In this document: positions 42,292 through 54,239 of the stretch, one piece after another
How positions within the stretch are numbered: position 1 is the first letter of the stretch
Layout of the letters: each line of letters opens with the position of its first letter
Source: an uncultured Hormoscilla sp.
GTDB taxonomy: Bacteria > Cyanobacteriota > Cyanobacteriia > Cyanobacteriales > Desertifilaceae
Reading direction: 5' to 3'
Length of the DNA stretch: 64,000 bases
Assembly: GCA_963921275.4 (NCBI GenBank)
Contig: OZ001293.3
Location: 2,080,001-2,144,000, forward strand
Translations under genes and position numbers: made by a program
Notes under the pieces: generated by a model
Database searches by the model: none
The model's input: only the letters and a program-made list of their open reading frames with translations
Told to the model about the DNA's origin: nothing

Positions 42292-42823
42292 ATGTCCATC
42301 CCAAATCCGATGGAGGAAAAGATATCTTCCAGTTTGACTGATGTACCGACAATCCTGACTGTCGATGACAGCGAGATCGTGCAAAAGTCGATCAAACGCT
42401 ATTTAGGAACTCCGATTAAACAAGATGGAAGCCCTAAAGTCCTGTCAGCTAGGGCGTAAGGAGCGAATTTGTCACGTTATTACATCCTCGTTCCTTAGGC
42501 AGCGACTATCGGGTGCTAGTGGCTAGCCATGCTGTCGATGCTCTGGCCTTAATTTACCATGAATCTATCGACCTTGTCCTGCTAGACGTTTCTATGCCAG
42601 AAATTGATGGGTCTGAACTTTGCGCGGTGGCAGCATCCCGCAGTTTCAGCATCTGGCGATTATAATGGTCACAGCCCGAGATAGCCTCCTTGATAAAGTG
42701 CAAGGGCGTCTTGCTGGTGCCACCGAATATTTAACCAAGCCCTTTGAAGCTGAACAACTGATCGCGGTTGTAGGCAAATTTGCCCCGCCAGATCACACTG
42801 CCACCGAGGGGGTTGATAACTGA
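42292..42823 (+). pseudogene. Single-domain response regulator, interrupted and frameshifted
   Basis: TILTVDDSEIVQ.. [insert] ..VLLDVSMPEIDG..LC / IIMVTARD...GATEYLTKPF. Confidence 0.8.
42406..42494. mobile_element. 89-bp miniature insertion with TTA target duplication
   Basis: TTA|GGAAC...GTTCC|TTA; excision restores KRYLGSDYRVLVA. Confidence 0.7.
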
Positions 42824-42841
42824 ATCACCGATTGCATATAC

Positions 42842-43306
42842 TAGACCTGTCCAAGAATAAAACCTTTGCCAGATCTGGGTTTCAATCTCCACCTCACTCG
42901 ATGGCATATGTTACTTACACGAATAAATCAGGGTTTGATGTATTTACTGTCAACAAAGCAAAGGTAGTATTGATTAAACTCAATTTTTTAAAAGCAATCG
43001 CCAAATTATAATATATCTGAAACCCAGACACCATACACAATTAGTTCTAGCCAACAACTTAGAGCAATAACTGACTCCAATAGATGTAGTAATTCGAGAA
43101 TAAATGCGCCATAAAAAAGCTGAAACATTTGCGGTGATTACCATTTATTCAGCTTATTTACTCAATTGAGCGTTATTACGAGCTGATAATAAGCATTGAT
43201 TTCGATTATTGGCAATTTTAACTGCAAATATAACTCATATTTATCGACTCATCAATAAAATTTTTACCTCCAATTCTAGCAAAAAATTATATTTTGGACA
43301 TGTCTA
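42842..43306. mobile_element. AT-rich MITE-like element
   Basis: Terminal IRs TAGACCTGTCCAA / TTGGACATGTCTA; no transposase recognised. Confidence 0.5.
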
Positions 43307-43430
43307 CTTCAAATCGGTATCTGTAATCCACCGATCGAGGAGTGGTGAGCAAGTTTACTTTATCTTACCACTCCCCAACTTGGGTGATGCCAATTTGGGC
43401 TGCCAATTTGGGCTGCCAATTTGGGCCGCT

Positions 43431-43952
43431 CTAAGTAGAGGCTGTTTGTGCTGCCAACAGTTCTTTGAGTTTCGCCAGATCCTTTGCCCAGCGAGGATCC
43501 GGCTGAATGTCATTGGCACTAGAAGCAGCAGCAGGGCTTGTGTTAGCTGGGCGACGAGACTTATTTTTGTTTTTACGCCCGCCACCGCTAGGAGCCGGAC
43601 GGCTGCTGGCGGTTGCCGTTCCTACCGTTCCGGAAAAATCGGACGGCTCGCCGCCATCTTTAGCTTCTTTGCCTTCTTTGCCTTCTTTACCTTCTTTACC
43701 TTTTTGACGCGGCAATGCCTTTTCAATCTTCAGGGTGCTGTCTTTGAACACATAGCCGTTGAACTTCTCAATAATTTCGTCAGCCTTTTCGTCGGTTTTG
43801 ACTGTGACAAAACCGAAACCACGACATTTCCCTGTTTTCCGATCGGTGATCACCTTCGTAGTCACAGAGTCACCCTCTTCAGCAAATACCTCTGCGAGCT
43901 GTTTGCGCTCTATTTCCTTGGGCAGATTCCCTACATACAGACGAATGGACAT
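43431..43952 (-). CDS. RRM RNA-binding protein, Rbp3/RbpG-like class
   Basis: IRLYVGNLP, CRGFGFVTV, C-terminal PDPRWA..LAKLKE. Confidence 0.9.
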   Translation of the reverse strand: MSIRLYVGNLPKEIERKQLAEVFAEEGDSVTTKVITDRKTGKCRGFGFVTVKTDEKADEIIEKFNGYVFKDSTLKIEKALPRQKGKEGKEGKEGKEAKDGGEPSDFSGTVGTATASSRPAPSGGGRKNKNKSRRPANTSPAAASSANDIQPDPRWAKDLAKLKELLAAQTAST

Positions 43953-44632
43953 AATACCTCCAGACTTTGATTTGACATTTTCAAGCTAGGCACTGCTTTG
44001 CTACCCAGTCAAATGGGTAGCAACTTTGACAATGCCTCATATTTCATGAACTCGACAAATAAGACACCTCTATCTTTTTTTACCAAGACAATCCCGCTTT
44101 TGGTTTACGAGGCCCGAACTTCACCCCGATGTCTCTGGAGTAGTGCGAGTATGATGTCCCCCGGGTTTTCGCCGTGCGTCCGGGGGACATCATACTCTCC
44201 AGAGACATCTAAGTACCGGACTCTGTGCCCGGGGCGATCGCACAACACCTAACTGCCCATTTCTAATACCAACCATGCTTTCAGTTATCATGTTCTACTT
44301 CATTAGCTCGCCGATCCTACCGAATACCTGTCTTTAAACCTTTTTTAACATCTTCTCTACTATTTACAAAAACTCCTGTTCATCTGTTCAATACTTACAG
44401 CTCCACAAAAAAACCGCCGCAGTCAGGGGCTGGTAGCTTTGGGGGTATTGGCAGTCAGAAAACATGAGTTGCACCATCCATCGGGCAGTAAGGGACAGAA
44501 ATGGGAAAAACGAATGTGCTGCGCGCCCAGCGCAGCGCCATCGGCCTGGTCTTCACTGCACAGAGATTATGTAATGAAACTTAACATATTTTTCTCCATT
44601 GAGCAACTTTTCTTTACATTTTTCCTCAGACC

Positions 44633-46947
44633 CTAAGTTTGCCAGATCAGGTAGGCGGACCACACCCCAGCCGCAAAAGCCACAATGGTCAGCCAGATGG
44701 GTAGATAACTGTGACTGGTTCTGTTCGGGCTGGTGCCTAGGGTTTCCAGGTCGAGCCAGACAATGGCCCCCCGGCGCAACCAGCCCGTTGCGATGACTGA
44801 TTGACCGATTAAATCCCGGGGACGGAGTCCACTACCATCCCATAAATCCCCAATGGGACCCAGGGGGGAGATGTAGTGTAACTTCACTAAACCACTGCCC
44901 GTTTGCAGATAAAAATCCTGTCCTAACCCGTTACTGAGGCCGCGACGCCCCAATAGTTTGCCTTGTAAGCAGCAGGTTTTGCTATCTGCCGGTAGGGCTT
45001 GGCTATTGGCGATCGCCTCGGTTAAATTCACTTCGGTTAAAGCGGTGCGTCGTTTGACATTTGGGAAATAGCGATTGAGCAGTATCAAGATGTTGATGTT
45101 GAAACTAATCAGCAGGCAAGCGGCCATCAGGTCGCCTCTTTGATCTTGAGACAGCCACACTAAATTACCAATATACATGAAATAGGCTATTTTTCCAATT
45201 AGCCACAGAAAAATTCTGAATCCTAGACCCAGCACTAAGCTAATTATCAGGGCCGTTTGCAGCAGGGGCAAGCCTTGTAGCTGTTCAATAGTAATGATAC
45301 AGCCATATCAATGGTATCCCTGATGTACGATCGCTTCGTTCGCGTAGCATGCGCGCAGCGCATTCTTTTCCGCTCTGGCGCGATCGCCGGTAAATCCAGT
45401 TCTGTTTCTAGACCCCAGTAGCGGGCGTAGTGAGCGAGTCGTTGCAGTCTTACTCCCATCAGGGGATGTCCGGTACCCCACGTCAACCACCGACTGTAAG
45501 GATTAAGGATATCCCACGACCAATTAGCATAAGCTTGCCAGTTACAGATAGCCTGACTATACCCTACAGGCTTGAGTAAATCAAAACTTTCTGTTAAAAA
45601 GCTGGTTGACTTGGTTTTCTGGATATCATCAGTAATGCCGCGAGCAATTTTCAGCAAGGCGCGGGTAAGAGCATTGGGGTTGCCCGTCGTTGCCACAGAG
45701 CCAGCGTCGCTATAAAGTAGCCGCTGCCGCGACAACCACAGCAGGGGCAAGCGCAGTAGCCAATAGTAGCCGTAACTGAGATTAGCCACCAGTGCCGCTA
45801 CCGTTCGGAATAAAGATTCTAGCAATGGTCTGTCTATTCGGTCTGAGGCATACTCTCCCCATTTTCCCACTTGCCAATAGAGGATGTAAGGAATTTGCAG
45901 TACCAATACCCCTACGGACATGACCATAAAATCCCAGTTGACGATTTGCGCTAACTGTGCTGCATAGATAGTGGCAATTTCGTCATCTCCTAGTTGCTCC
46001 AATAGTCCCTCACTAACTACAATCCGGGCAGTCATCGATAAATTTCCGTATGTAATTGCCACGGGTGTGGATGTGGGTAAAATGCCTAACTGGGGCACTC
46101 TCATTCGTCGCTGACGGCAAAATCTTTGCATCACTTTGGCTGCATCTGGACTGCGATCGCGCAGCTGGGCGTGAGTCATTGGTTTGAGACCATGAAAGAA
46201 TCTCAGCAGCCCATCCATTAACCAAGGAGACAAGACTAGCATGATTGCCAAGGTGAGAAAGACCAACTGGGTGGGATCGCGATCGAACGAGTCAATGGGT
46301 CGCAACAACGGCAGTAAGGCTAAGATTTTGTTAATTGTAACCTCAGCGAATCTGAGTATAGCACGACTCCACCAAAAGAAGGCGATCGCAGTTACCCCCT
46401 GTAGCACCCACAGCAACCTGATATCAGAGACCAAACCTGGCCCGACAGGCAATGGTCCCCACTGCTTTGCCCTTGGTGCCTGACGCCACTCACGATCTTC
46501 TACTATCTTCCTAGTTGGTTCTGCAGTTGGAGCCTGGGTTAAGGCTGCTGGCTTAGGAGCCAAGGGCGCAAAACCGGTGGGATCTCCGGATAAAGGAACG
46601 AAACCTGTGGGGTCTGTTACTGGGGTTGATGGTAACGCAGTGGGATGCTGACGTGCGCGTAGCGTGCGCGCAGCGCATTCGCTCAAATCCGCTAGAGTTT
46701 TTACAGCCCAGTTTTTCACTTTCCGATTACTGCTTTGGCGGAGGAGCTGACAGAGGGCGATCGCCTTTTCGGGCTGACCTGTGTCACGATAAGCCAATAC
46801 CAGACCTGTCTGGGCTTTGGTGAGGGTTTTATCGTCCAGTTCCAACTCGCTGACAGCTGCTAGGTGGGCGATCGCGTTTTGATAATCTGATTGCTTGAGG
46901 GCGGCTAAACCCGCCTCTAGAGATGGGTTGTCCGGGATAGATGTCAT
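44633..46947 (-). pseudogene. M48/HtpX-like membrane protein with N-terminal TPR; frameshift near 45265
   Basis: ARIVVSEGLLEQL.DDEIA.IYA, NPNALTRALLKI, HPLMGVRL; continues in ORF 44633-45271 (GKLLGRRG..N.LGQD). Confidence 0.75.
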
Positions 46948-47045
46948 AAGTTTCTTAACCCGCGCTTTCTTCCAAGATAGCTTATAAACACTCTCTCTGC
47001 TACCGCGATATCTTGGTCGCCTTGGTATATCAGTAATAACTACTA

Positions 47046-47470
47046 TGTTTAGACGTAATTTTCTTTAGGATTTTCTCCTCTTTGTCCCTGGCTGTAATTC
47101 AGCCACAAATAATCGTCATAGCAGTTCTGACAACTCTCCCCTCAAGGATAAACCGAAACTGCGATTTTCCGTGAGCGATGTTCAATGTATGGCATATTTG
47201 CAGCGGTATTATAGCGCATTAAAACTGCTTTTTCCGAAGTGTTAGAGGCATAAATTTAGTTTTTTCCCGTTGATTACTTTGTGGAAGCGGCTGCCGCATT
47301 ACAGCTAAATATGGTAGATATAGTTATGGCAGGTTTCGCAGAATATGTGCTCCTTAGAGTAAGGAAGAATGCTGTGCAGATTATAGCCCTAACACAACTA
47401 CCGTGCCGCCATTGCTGTCCGTTCAGACAGCAATATCAAGTCATTAGCTGACTTGAAAGGTAAAACAATT
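47046..47470 (+). pseudogene. Phosphonate/phosphite-type ABC substrate-binding protein remnant
   Basis: MFRRNFL*..LLF..GC signal; FFPVDY..AAAALQL..VD.V.AG.AEYV; IAVRSDSNIKSLADLKGKTI. Confidence 0.65.
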
Positions 47471-47618
47471 TCGGGAGGTGTATAAAGCAATGAAACAAGA
47501 GAATTTTATTAAGTAATGCAGACCTGTTTGTAGTAAGCTGGAAGCGTGCTTTCAGAGGGCAAAGACTAAAGTTTTTACTACGAACGGCAAGGACTAAAGT
47601 CCTTACTACGAACGGCAT

Positions 47619-49427
47619 TTAATTGAACACCTGGGACAATGGCACTCCTAACCACCCAGCAAAGTTTTGTGCCTGAATATGAGTTGGACGATCTACTGGC
47701 ACCACCTGATAACAGTTGGGTTGTGGTTCTCCCAGGGTCACTAACTCCGTGCGCAATTGCTCTTCATGGAAAACGCTCAACTTAATGGTATCCCCAGGAC
47801 TGTAGTCTTTCAAACGCTCATTCAACTCTTCTGCCTTTACCCGAATGCCATCAATAGCTAACAGTTCGTCACCATTATCAATCCCCGCCTGATGTGCTGG
47901 CGAACCAGAGGCGACAAATTTGATTAACTCCCGTCCATTTTCGCCTTTTGCTCTTACACCTAAGTAGGGAAATGACTCGCCAACTTTATCTACACAATCG
48001 CTTTTTAGCTGCAAACCAAAAGGTGACAAGTATTCGTCAAAAGGCAATTCCTCTGTACCGTCAATGTAGCGCGCCCAGAAATCTCCGAGTTCTACACCCG
48101 CAACGGACTCGATCACCTGCTGCAACTGGGCCTCTGTAAAGCCAATTTCTTTTTTGCCGAATTGCTGCCACATTTGACCCATGACATCATCGAGCGATCG
48201 CCCATTTTCATGCCGGGCCCGAATCAGCAAATCCAGCAGCAGGGACACCAATTCTCCTTTTAAGTAATAAGAAATCTGAGAATTGTCACTATTAGCATGG
48301 CGTCGATACAACTTAATCCAGGCATCCCAGCTCGACTCGCTCGCCGGTTGTACCAGACGGCCCGGAGTCGTCTGGAGGCGGGTAATTTCCTTACCCAGTT
48401 CCTGCAAAAAAGTCCGAACGTCATAAATTCCCGCCCGCATGGGAATCACCAGATCGTAGTAGCTAGTCGTTCCTTCACAAAACCACAAACAAGGGGTGTA
48501 ATTTTCCCGATCGTAGTCAAATACCTGCAACCCTTGGGGACGGAGACGCTTCACATTCCAGAGGTGAAAGAACTCGTGGGCCACCAACTGCATAAACTCC
48601 TGATACTTTGAGCGATCGCGGAACCCAAAGCGATTGTAAATCAACGAGCAGCCATGCTTATGTTCCAGTCCTCCCCTACCCTGGGATACCAGATGTAGCA
48701 GAAACACATAGCGATCGTATGGCAATTCCCCAAATAGCTGAGCCTCCACCTGAATAATTTTCTCGATATCAAGAATCATCTGCTCTGGTTTAGCATTTCC
48801 CTCTCCCCAGATAGCCAGTTCGTGGGGTTTGGCCAGGACCTCAAAGTGATAGAGGCGGTGGGTGCCAATTTCAAACGGACTATCTACCACAGTATCAAAA
48901 TCCTCTGCCCAGAAAGTATCAGCTTTGCCCGACACAGCAGGCAACATTGTTGTTACTTTCCATTCTGATTTGGGAGTCAAAATTTTCACCTGTATAGGGA
49001 TCTGCTCCCATCCGACTACCCTCAAGAATAAAGCCGCCCCGTTGAAATAGCCGTGACTAGCATCCAAGTGATTTGTCCGCACCGTCAATTCCGCAGCAAA
49101 TATCCGGTAGTGAACCACAATCTCTGAAATTTCCGACGTCTCAATTTGCCAGTGATTTTTGCTTAACTTGCGCCAACCTAAGGCACTCTCATCACCAGCA
49201 GCAGCGGCAAACTCCTGTAAATGTCTGACATATTCCCGCACCAGGTAAGAACCTGGAGTCCAGACTGGCATTTTCAGATCTAGTACAGGCTCTGACCAAC
49301 CAGATAGCAGCAGAGTCACCTCAAACAGATGAGAACTCGGCTGAGGCATTGCTACCTGGTAGTTAATTCCTGGAGCATTTTGCGAACCGCTGGTAGGTTT
49401 AGTCTCAGTCAGAATTGCTTCAGTCAT
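47619..49427 (-). CDS. M61 family glycyl aminopeptidase with PDZ domain
   Basis: MPVWTPGSYLVRE, GGLEH, AHEFFHLWNVKR, EGTTSYY, ISYYLKG, GSPA. Confidence 0.93.
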   Translation of the reverse strand: MTEAILTETKPTSGSQNAPGINYQVAMPQPSSHLFEVTLLLSGWSEPVLDLKMPVWTPGSYLVREYVRHLQEFAAAAGDESALGWRKLSKNHWQIETSEISEIVVHYRIFAAELTVRTNHLDASHGYFNGAALFLRVVGWEQIPIQVKILTPKSEWKVTTMLPAVSGKADTFWAEDFDTVVDSPFEIGTHRLYHFEVLAKPHELAIWGEGNAKPEQMILDIEKIIQVEAQLFGELPYDRYVFLLHLVSQGRGGLEHKHGCSLIYNRFGFRDRSKYQEFMQLVAHEFFHLWNVKRLRPQGLQVFDYDRENYTPCLWFCEGTTSYYDLVIPMRAGIYDVRTFLQELGKEITRLQTTPGRLVQPASESSWDAWIKLYRRHANSDNSQISYYLKGELVSLLLDLLIRARHENGRSLDDVMGQMWQQFGKKEIGFTEAQLQQVIESVAGVELGDFWARYIDGTEELPFDEYLSPFGLQLKSDCVDKVGESFPYLGVRAKGENGRELIKFVASGSPAHQAGIDNGDELLAIDGIRVKAEELNERLKDYSPGDTIKLSVFHEEQLRTELVTLGEPQPNCYQVVPVDRPTHIQAQNFAGWLGVPLSQVFN

Positions 49428-49474
49428 TTTGCTCCCAGTTTGACACTTCTCAATTAATTCGTCTCAATTCTCAA

Positions 49475-50158
49475 TTAAACCTTTCCTGCTAGATGAGTCA
49501 GCTGTTTCAAGTTGATCAGATAGATTACCTGCTTGGCTGGAACAATTTTAATCCAACCCTTTTCATTCAGCTTTTCCATTATTTTCTTAGTTTCTTGCTC
49601 GCCGATATCCGCCACATTTGCCAGGTCTTTGAAAGGAATGTTATAGATTTCCGTGCCATTTTCGGTCGCCCGACCGTAATTTTCTCCCAAGCTAACTAAG
49701 GTATTAGCTAGTTTCACCGCTGGGGGCTGGTTGCGCAGTTGAAAGCGGTAATTAATCAGGCGCAGGCGTCGTACCATCAGTTGTAGCATCCGGTGGTGCA
49801 ACTGGGAATCTTTGAATAGGGTTTGGATAAATCGCTGAGCTGAGACGCTGAGCAAATCCACCGACGAGAGCGCAATCACATCGGTGGAACGGGGAGATTC
49901 ATCCAAAATCGCCATTTCACCAAAAAAGTCACCCTTGCCCAGGATAGCGAGGGTAACGCCATCTTCTCCAGAGAGGCGTCGGACTTTCACCCAGCCCGAA
50001 ACAATGAAGAACACGGCGTTGCCCCAAGCATCTTCCATCAAAACTGCTCTGGAAGGTGGATACTCATGCTCTTGGGCAATAGACAACAGCCATTCCAAGG
50101 TTTCTGGGCTGGCGGCATTAAACAGGGGAAAAAGCTCACTAAACTCTTCGGTCTGCAT
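49475..50158 (-). CDS. Crp/Fnr family transcriptional regulator
   Basis: GDFFGEMAILDESPRSTDV cNMP domain plus C-terminal HTH. Confidence 0.9.
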   Translation of the reverse strand: MQTEEFSELFPLFNAASPETLEWLLSIAQEHEYPPSRAVLMEDAWGNAVFFIVSGWVKVRRLSGEDGVTLAILGKGDFFGEMAILDESPRSTDVIALSSVDLLSVSAQRFIQTLFKDSQLHHRMLQLMVRRLRLINYRFQLRNQPPAVKLANTLVSLGENYGRATENGTEIYNIPFKDLANVADIGEQETKKIMEKLNEKGWIKIVPAKQVIYLINLKQLTHLAGKV

Positions 50159-50689
50159 GAGGTGGTTTTGGCAATAGGGAGATTGATAGCACTTTCGGAT
50201 CTCTGCTTGCGGGCATCTCGGGGATCCCCAACAAGCATCTATCCCTATATGATGACAGGGACAGTAGATTGCGTTCGGTCTCATATCTATTAATTTTGGA
50301 CTCTAGACCGGACGGAATGGGGATAGGGGGCGGATATCCGGTCATCGCCGGCGGTAGATTAAAAAATCGTAACATTCTGCGCCCGAGGGGTTGGTGGGAG
50401 CAAAATCCCGCTCTGCTGGGGGTTTGAGCTTAATCCCATGTAGGGAAAACCGATTGGGACCCCATCGCTCGGTCGAATTATTGTATAGTAATGTTGAGAG
50501 ATGAAAATTTGCGCTAAGATGATGATTGATGTCGCCGCTAGGTTGCCAGTGGTCGCAATCAGTGGAGTAAAAGCCACAGGTGCGGTAAAACTATTAGTTG
50601 TGACGTCAAGTATGCTCTTCGGCGCGATCGTCCGATAGCCTCCCGGCCCCAGGCTGGGAAAAACACGCCGTCCACCGATAGATTACCAC

Positions 50690-52031
50690 ATGGGCAAAAA
50701 GCCAACAATTGCGCTCTATCACTTGGGATGCGAAAAAAATCGCATAGATACCGAACATATGCTAGGCCTATTGGCACAAGCAGGATATCAGGTAGACTCG
50801 AATGCAGAGTTAGCAGATTATGTTATAGTCAATACCTGTAGCTTTATCGAAGCAGCACGGGCAGAATCAGTACGGACCCTGGTAGAACTGGCAGAAGCAA
50901 ACAAAAAAATAGTGGTGACGGGCTGCATGGCCCAACACTTCCAAGCCGAGTTGCTAGCAGAACTGCCAGAGGCAGTAGCTGTAGTCGGGACGGGAAGTTA
51001 TAACAAAATTGTAGACGTGATTCAACGGGTAGAAACTGGAGAGCGCGTACAGGAAATATCCGCCGAACCGACTTATATTGCTGATGAAACAACGCCCCGC
51101 TACCGGACAACGACGGAGGCGGTAGCCTACCTGCGCATAGCAGAAGGCTGTGACTATCGCTGTGCTTTCTGCATTATTCCTCATTTACGCGGTCAGATGC
51201 GATCGCGCCCCATAGAATCGATTGTGGCAGAGGCGCAGCAGTTGGCAGCGGAAGGGGTCGAGGAAATAATTTTGATCTCGCAGATAACAACGGCTTACGG
51301 CATAGATATTTACGGCGAACCAAAATTAGCAGAACTGCTGCGGGCCTTGGGAAAAGTGGAGATCCCCTGGATAAGAATTCACTATGCTTATCCGACAGGT
51401 CAGACGGCCCCAGTGCTAGCGGCAATGAAAGAAACGGCCAATGTGCTGCCCTACCTGGATTTACCTTTACAACATTCCCATCCGGAAATCCTCCGGGCGA
51501 TGAACCGCCCCCTGGCAAGGGCGGGTGAATGACGAGATTATTGACAAGCTCAAGGCAGCAATGCCTGCTGCGGTGTTGCGAACGACTTTGATCGTTGGGT
51601 TTCCCGGGGAGACGGAGTCCCATTTTGCCCATCTTTATGAGTTTGTGCAGCGTCATGAATTCGATCATGTCGGAGTGTTTACCTTTTCTCCAGAAGAGGG
51701 AACTCCTGCCTATAATTTGCCCAATCAACTGCCAGAAGCGGTGAAGGAAGATCGACGTTCTAGGTTGATGGCTTTGCAACAACCAATATCCCTGAAAAAA
51801 AATCAAGGGGAACTGGGCAAGGTAGTTGATGTGCTCCTAGAACAAGAAAACCCTGCCACAGGGGAGTATATCGGTCGATCAGGCCGATTATCGCCAGAGG
51901 TGGATGGGTTGGTTTACGTCCAGGGAAAGGCGAGGTTGTCGGGAATAGTGCCTGTGAAAATCACGGCGGCAGATGTTTATGACCTTTACGGTCAAGTTGT
52001 TGGTCATTCTTCATCAGGTCAGGATTATTGA
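50690..52031 (+). CDS. rimO: Ribosomal protein S12 methylthiotransferase; +1 C in a homopolymer at ~51510 splits the ORF
   Basis: [34 protein letters not shown] frameshift; [15 protein letters not shown] tail. Confidence 0.9.
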
Positions 52032-52075
52032 CAAGTGAGGAAAATGACAATTGCATTATGTTTGAAGGAGAATTA

Positions 52076-53470
52076 ATGACTCTATCATTCCAAAGTTTAG
52101 GAATTTCAGAAGCTCGGACTCGACATCTAGAAAAAGAAGGTTTTACAGAGCCGACAGAAATTCAAGCTCAAGCAATACCGCACCTGCTGTCAGGTCGGGA
52201 TGTAGTAGGTCAAGCCCAAACGGGAACTGGGAAAACGGCAGCTTTTGCCCTACCGATTATAGAAGGGATCGATATAAAAACAGCAGCACCTCAAGCTCTG
52301 ATTTTGACTCCTACTCGCGAATTGGCTATACAGGTTTGCCAAGCCATTAGAAATATCACCGGTGATAGGCGGGTGCGAGTGCTGGCAATCTACGGCGGTC
52401 AAGCGATCGATCGCCAGATCGATCGTTTGGAAAGGGGGGTCCAGATTGTGGTGGGAACCCCCGGACGAGTGATAGATTTGCTCGATCGGGGCTTCCTGAG
52501 GCTGGAGTCCGTCAACTGGGTGGTGTTGGATGAAGCAGATGAAATGCTGAATATGGGCTTTATCCAGGATGTGGAAACAATCCTGAAACAGGCCCCAGTA
52601 GAGCGGCAAACCGCTTGTTTCTCGGCGACGATGCCCTATTCAATTCGGGAGTTGGTGACTAAGTTTTTGCGATCGCCGGTGACGGTGACGATCAAGCAAC
52701 CGAAAGCCGCACCCAACCGGATCAATCAAGTGGCCTATATGGTGCCGCGCGGGTGGACAAAGGCCAGGGCGTTGCAGCCGATCTTGGAAGTAGAAGAACC
52801 AGAATCAGCTCTCATATTTGTCCGTACCCGTCATCAAGCGGCAGAACTGACGAGCCAACTGCAAGCTGCTGGTCATAATGTGGATGAGTACCACGGAGAC
52901 CTGAGCCAATCTCAACGGGAACGGCTGATGCTGCGGTTTCGCCATCGGCAGGTGCGGATGGTGGTGGCTACGGATATCGCGGCCCGGGGATTACATGTGG
53001 ATGACCTGACTCACGTGATCAACTACGACCTGCCCGATAGCGTCGAAAGCTATGTCCACCGTATTGGTCGTACCGGTCGGGCGGGCAAAGAAGGTACCGC
53101 GATTTCTTTGATTCAACCATTTGACCGGCGGAAACTGTATCAAATTGAACGGCACGTGCGCCAAAGGCTAGAAATAACGAAGGTGCCGACCCGTTCTCAA
53201 ATCGAGGCCCGGCATCTGGAAAAACTGCAAAAGGAAGTGCTCGAAGCTCTCACGGGCGAGCGGATGGCTTCTTTCTTGCCGATTGTGGCGAAAATGTCTG
53301 AGGAAGAATACGACCCTCATGCGATCGCGGCTGCTACTCTGCAAATGGCCTACGACAAAACCCGTCCGGCCTGGATGCAATCGGATTATAACGATGATGA
53401 GATCCCACCAGCGACTCCCAAGCCGAAGCTGGTGAAGCGTCAGAAGACACAGGCGCCGTCCCGAAGTTAG
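52076..53470 (+). CDS. crhR: DEAD-box RNA helicase, CrhR-like
   Basis: AQTGTGKT, PTRELA, LDEADEM, SAT, HRIGRTGR; rimO-crhR order known from Synechocystis. Confidence 0.9.
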   Translation: MTLSFQSLGISEARTRHLEKEGFTEPTEIQAQAIPHLLSGRDVVGQAQTGTGKTAAFALPIIEGIDIKTAAPQALILTPTRELAIQVCQAIRNITGDRRVRVLAIYGGQAIDRQIDRLERGVQIVVGTPGRVIDLLDRGFLRLESVNWVVLDEADEMLNMGFIQDVETILKQAPVERQTACFSATMPYSIRELVTKFLRSPVTVTIKQPKAAPNRINQVAYMVPRGWTKARALQPILEVEEPESALIFVRTRHQAAELTSQLQAAGHNVDEYHGDLSQSQRERLMLRFRHRQVRMVVATDIAARGLHVDDLTHVINYDLPDSVESYVHRIGRTGRAGKEGTAISLIQPFDRRKLYQIERHVRQRLEITKVPTRSQIEARHLEKLQKEVLEALTGERMASFLPIVAKMSEEEYDPHAIAAATLQMAYDKTRPAWMQSDYNDDEIPPATPKPKLVKRQKTQAPSRS

Positions 53471-53707
53471 GGTGGGGCGACAATATCTGCCCGGGACGTA
53501 GGGCGGGCGTCTCGCCTGCCCGGGTTTCGTGCCTCAACCCAACCTACAAAGGGAAGGCGATCGGCAATTCAAAATTCAAAATTCAAAATTCAAAATTGGG
53601 AAAGTCCGTGAGAACAAGGATCTCGGCGGATCGGCCGTAGCAATGTAAATGCACGACAGCTTATGGGGAATTGCAACAATTGACAATGGGCAATTCCGGA
53701 GTGGAAA

Positions 53708-54154
53708 GTGAAAAAACTTCCTTGGCCCTCTCTTGCCATCCTCCTAGTTACATATACGACTTTTGGCTGTACTTTGCCATCTGTAAAACTCTCGGAGATG
53801 GTTGAGTACCCTGGTAATTTCTCTCAGCTAGCGTGGGCGTTGGCAGCAGTATTAGCTTTGCTGCTGTCGGCGGCGCTGACGGTACCGTTGCGCAAGACTA
53901 AGCGATGGCTGATCCGTTGGTTGAAAACGGATGTGGGTATGTTTACTGGCGTGGTTACGATCGCCTTTTTCGCGGCTTTGATGCTGTCAAGAATACACCT
54001 GTTTGGCAGTCCGATGGTACTGCTTTTAGCTGGCTCATTAGCAAGATTGGACATTCAGACGGCTGGTTTTAGCGAACGACAAGCTTTTTGGATTTTGACA
54101 GTCGCTTCTTTGGCTGGTTTGGTGCAGGGTTGGATAGTAAATCATTTAATGTAG
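53708..54154 (+). CDS. Hypothetical membrane protein
   Basis: 148 aa hydrophobic ORF; LARLDIQTAGFSERQAF motif. Confidence 0.7.
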   Translation: MKKLPWPSLAILLVTYTTFGCTLPSVKLSEMVEYPGNFSQLAWALAAVLALLLSAALTVPLRKTKRWLIRWLKTDVGMFTGVVTIAFFAALMLSRIHLFGSPMVLLLAGSLARLDIQTAGFSERQAFWILTVASLAGLVQGWIVNHLM

Positions 54155-54239
54155 AACAATAGGATATTGTCAGCCCGGTTTTCAGTAAAAGCCGGGTTTA
54201 TTATTGCATGATTAACGGATGTTGTGTATTCTAGGATTT

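Noticed and set aside
53566..53597. CAAAATT heptamer run (also CAACTGA run near 3810-3845)
   Set aside because: Ordinary STRR-type repeats of filamentous cyanobacteria
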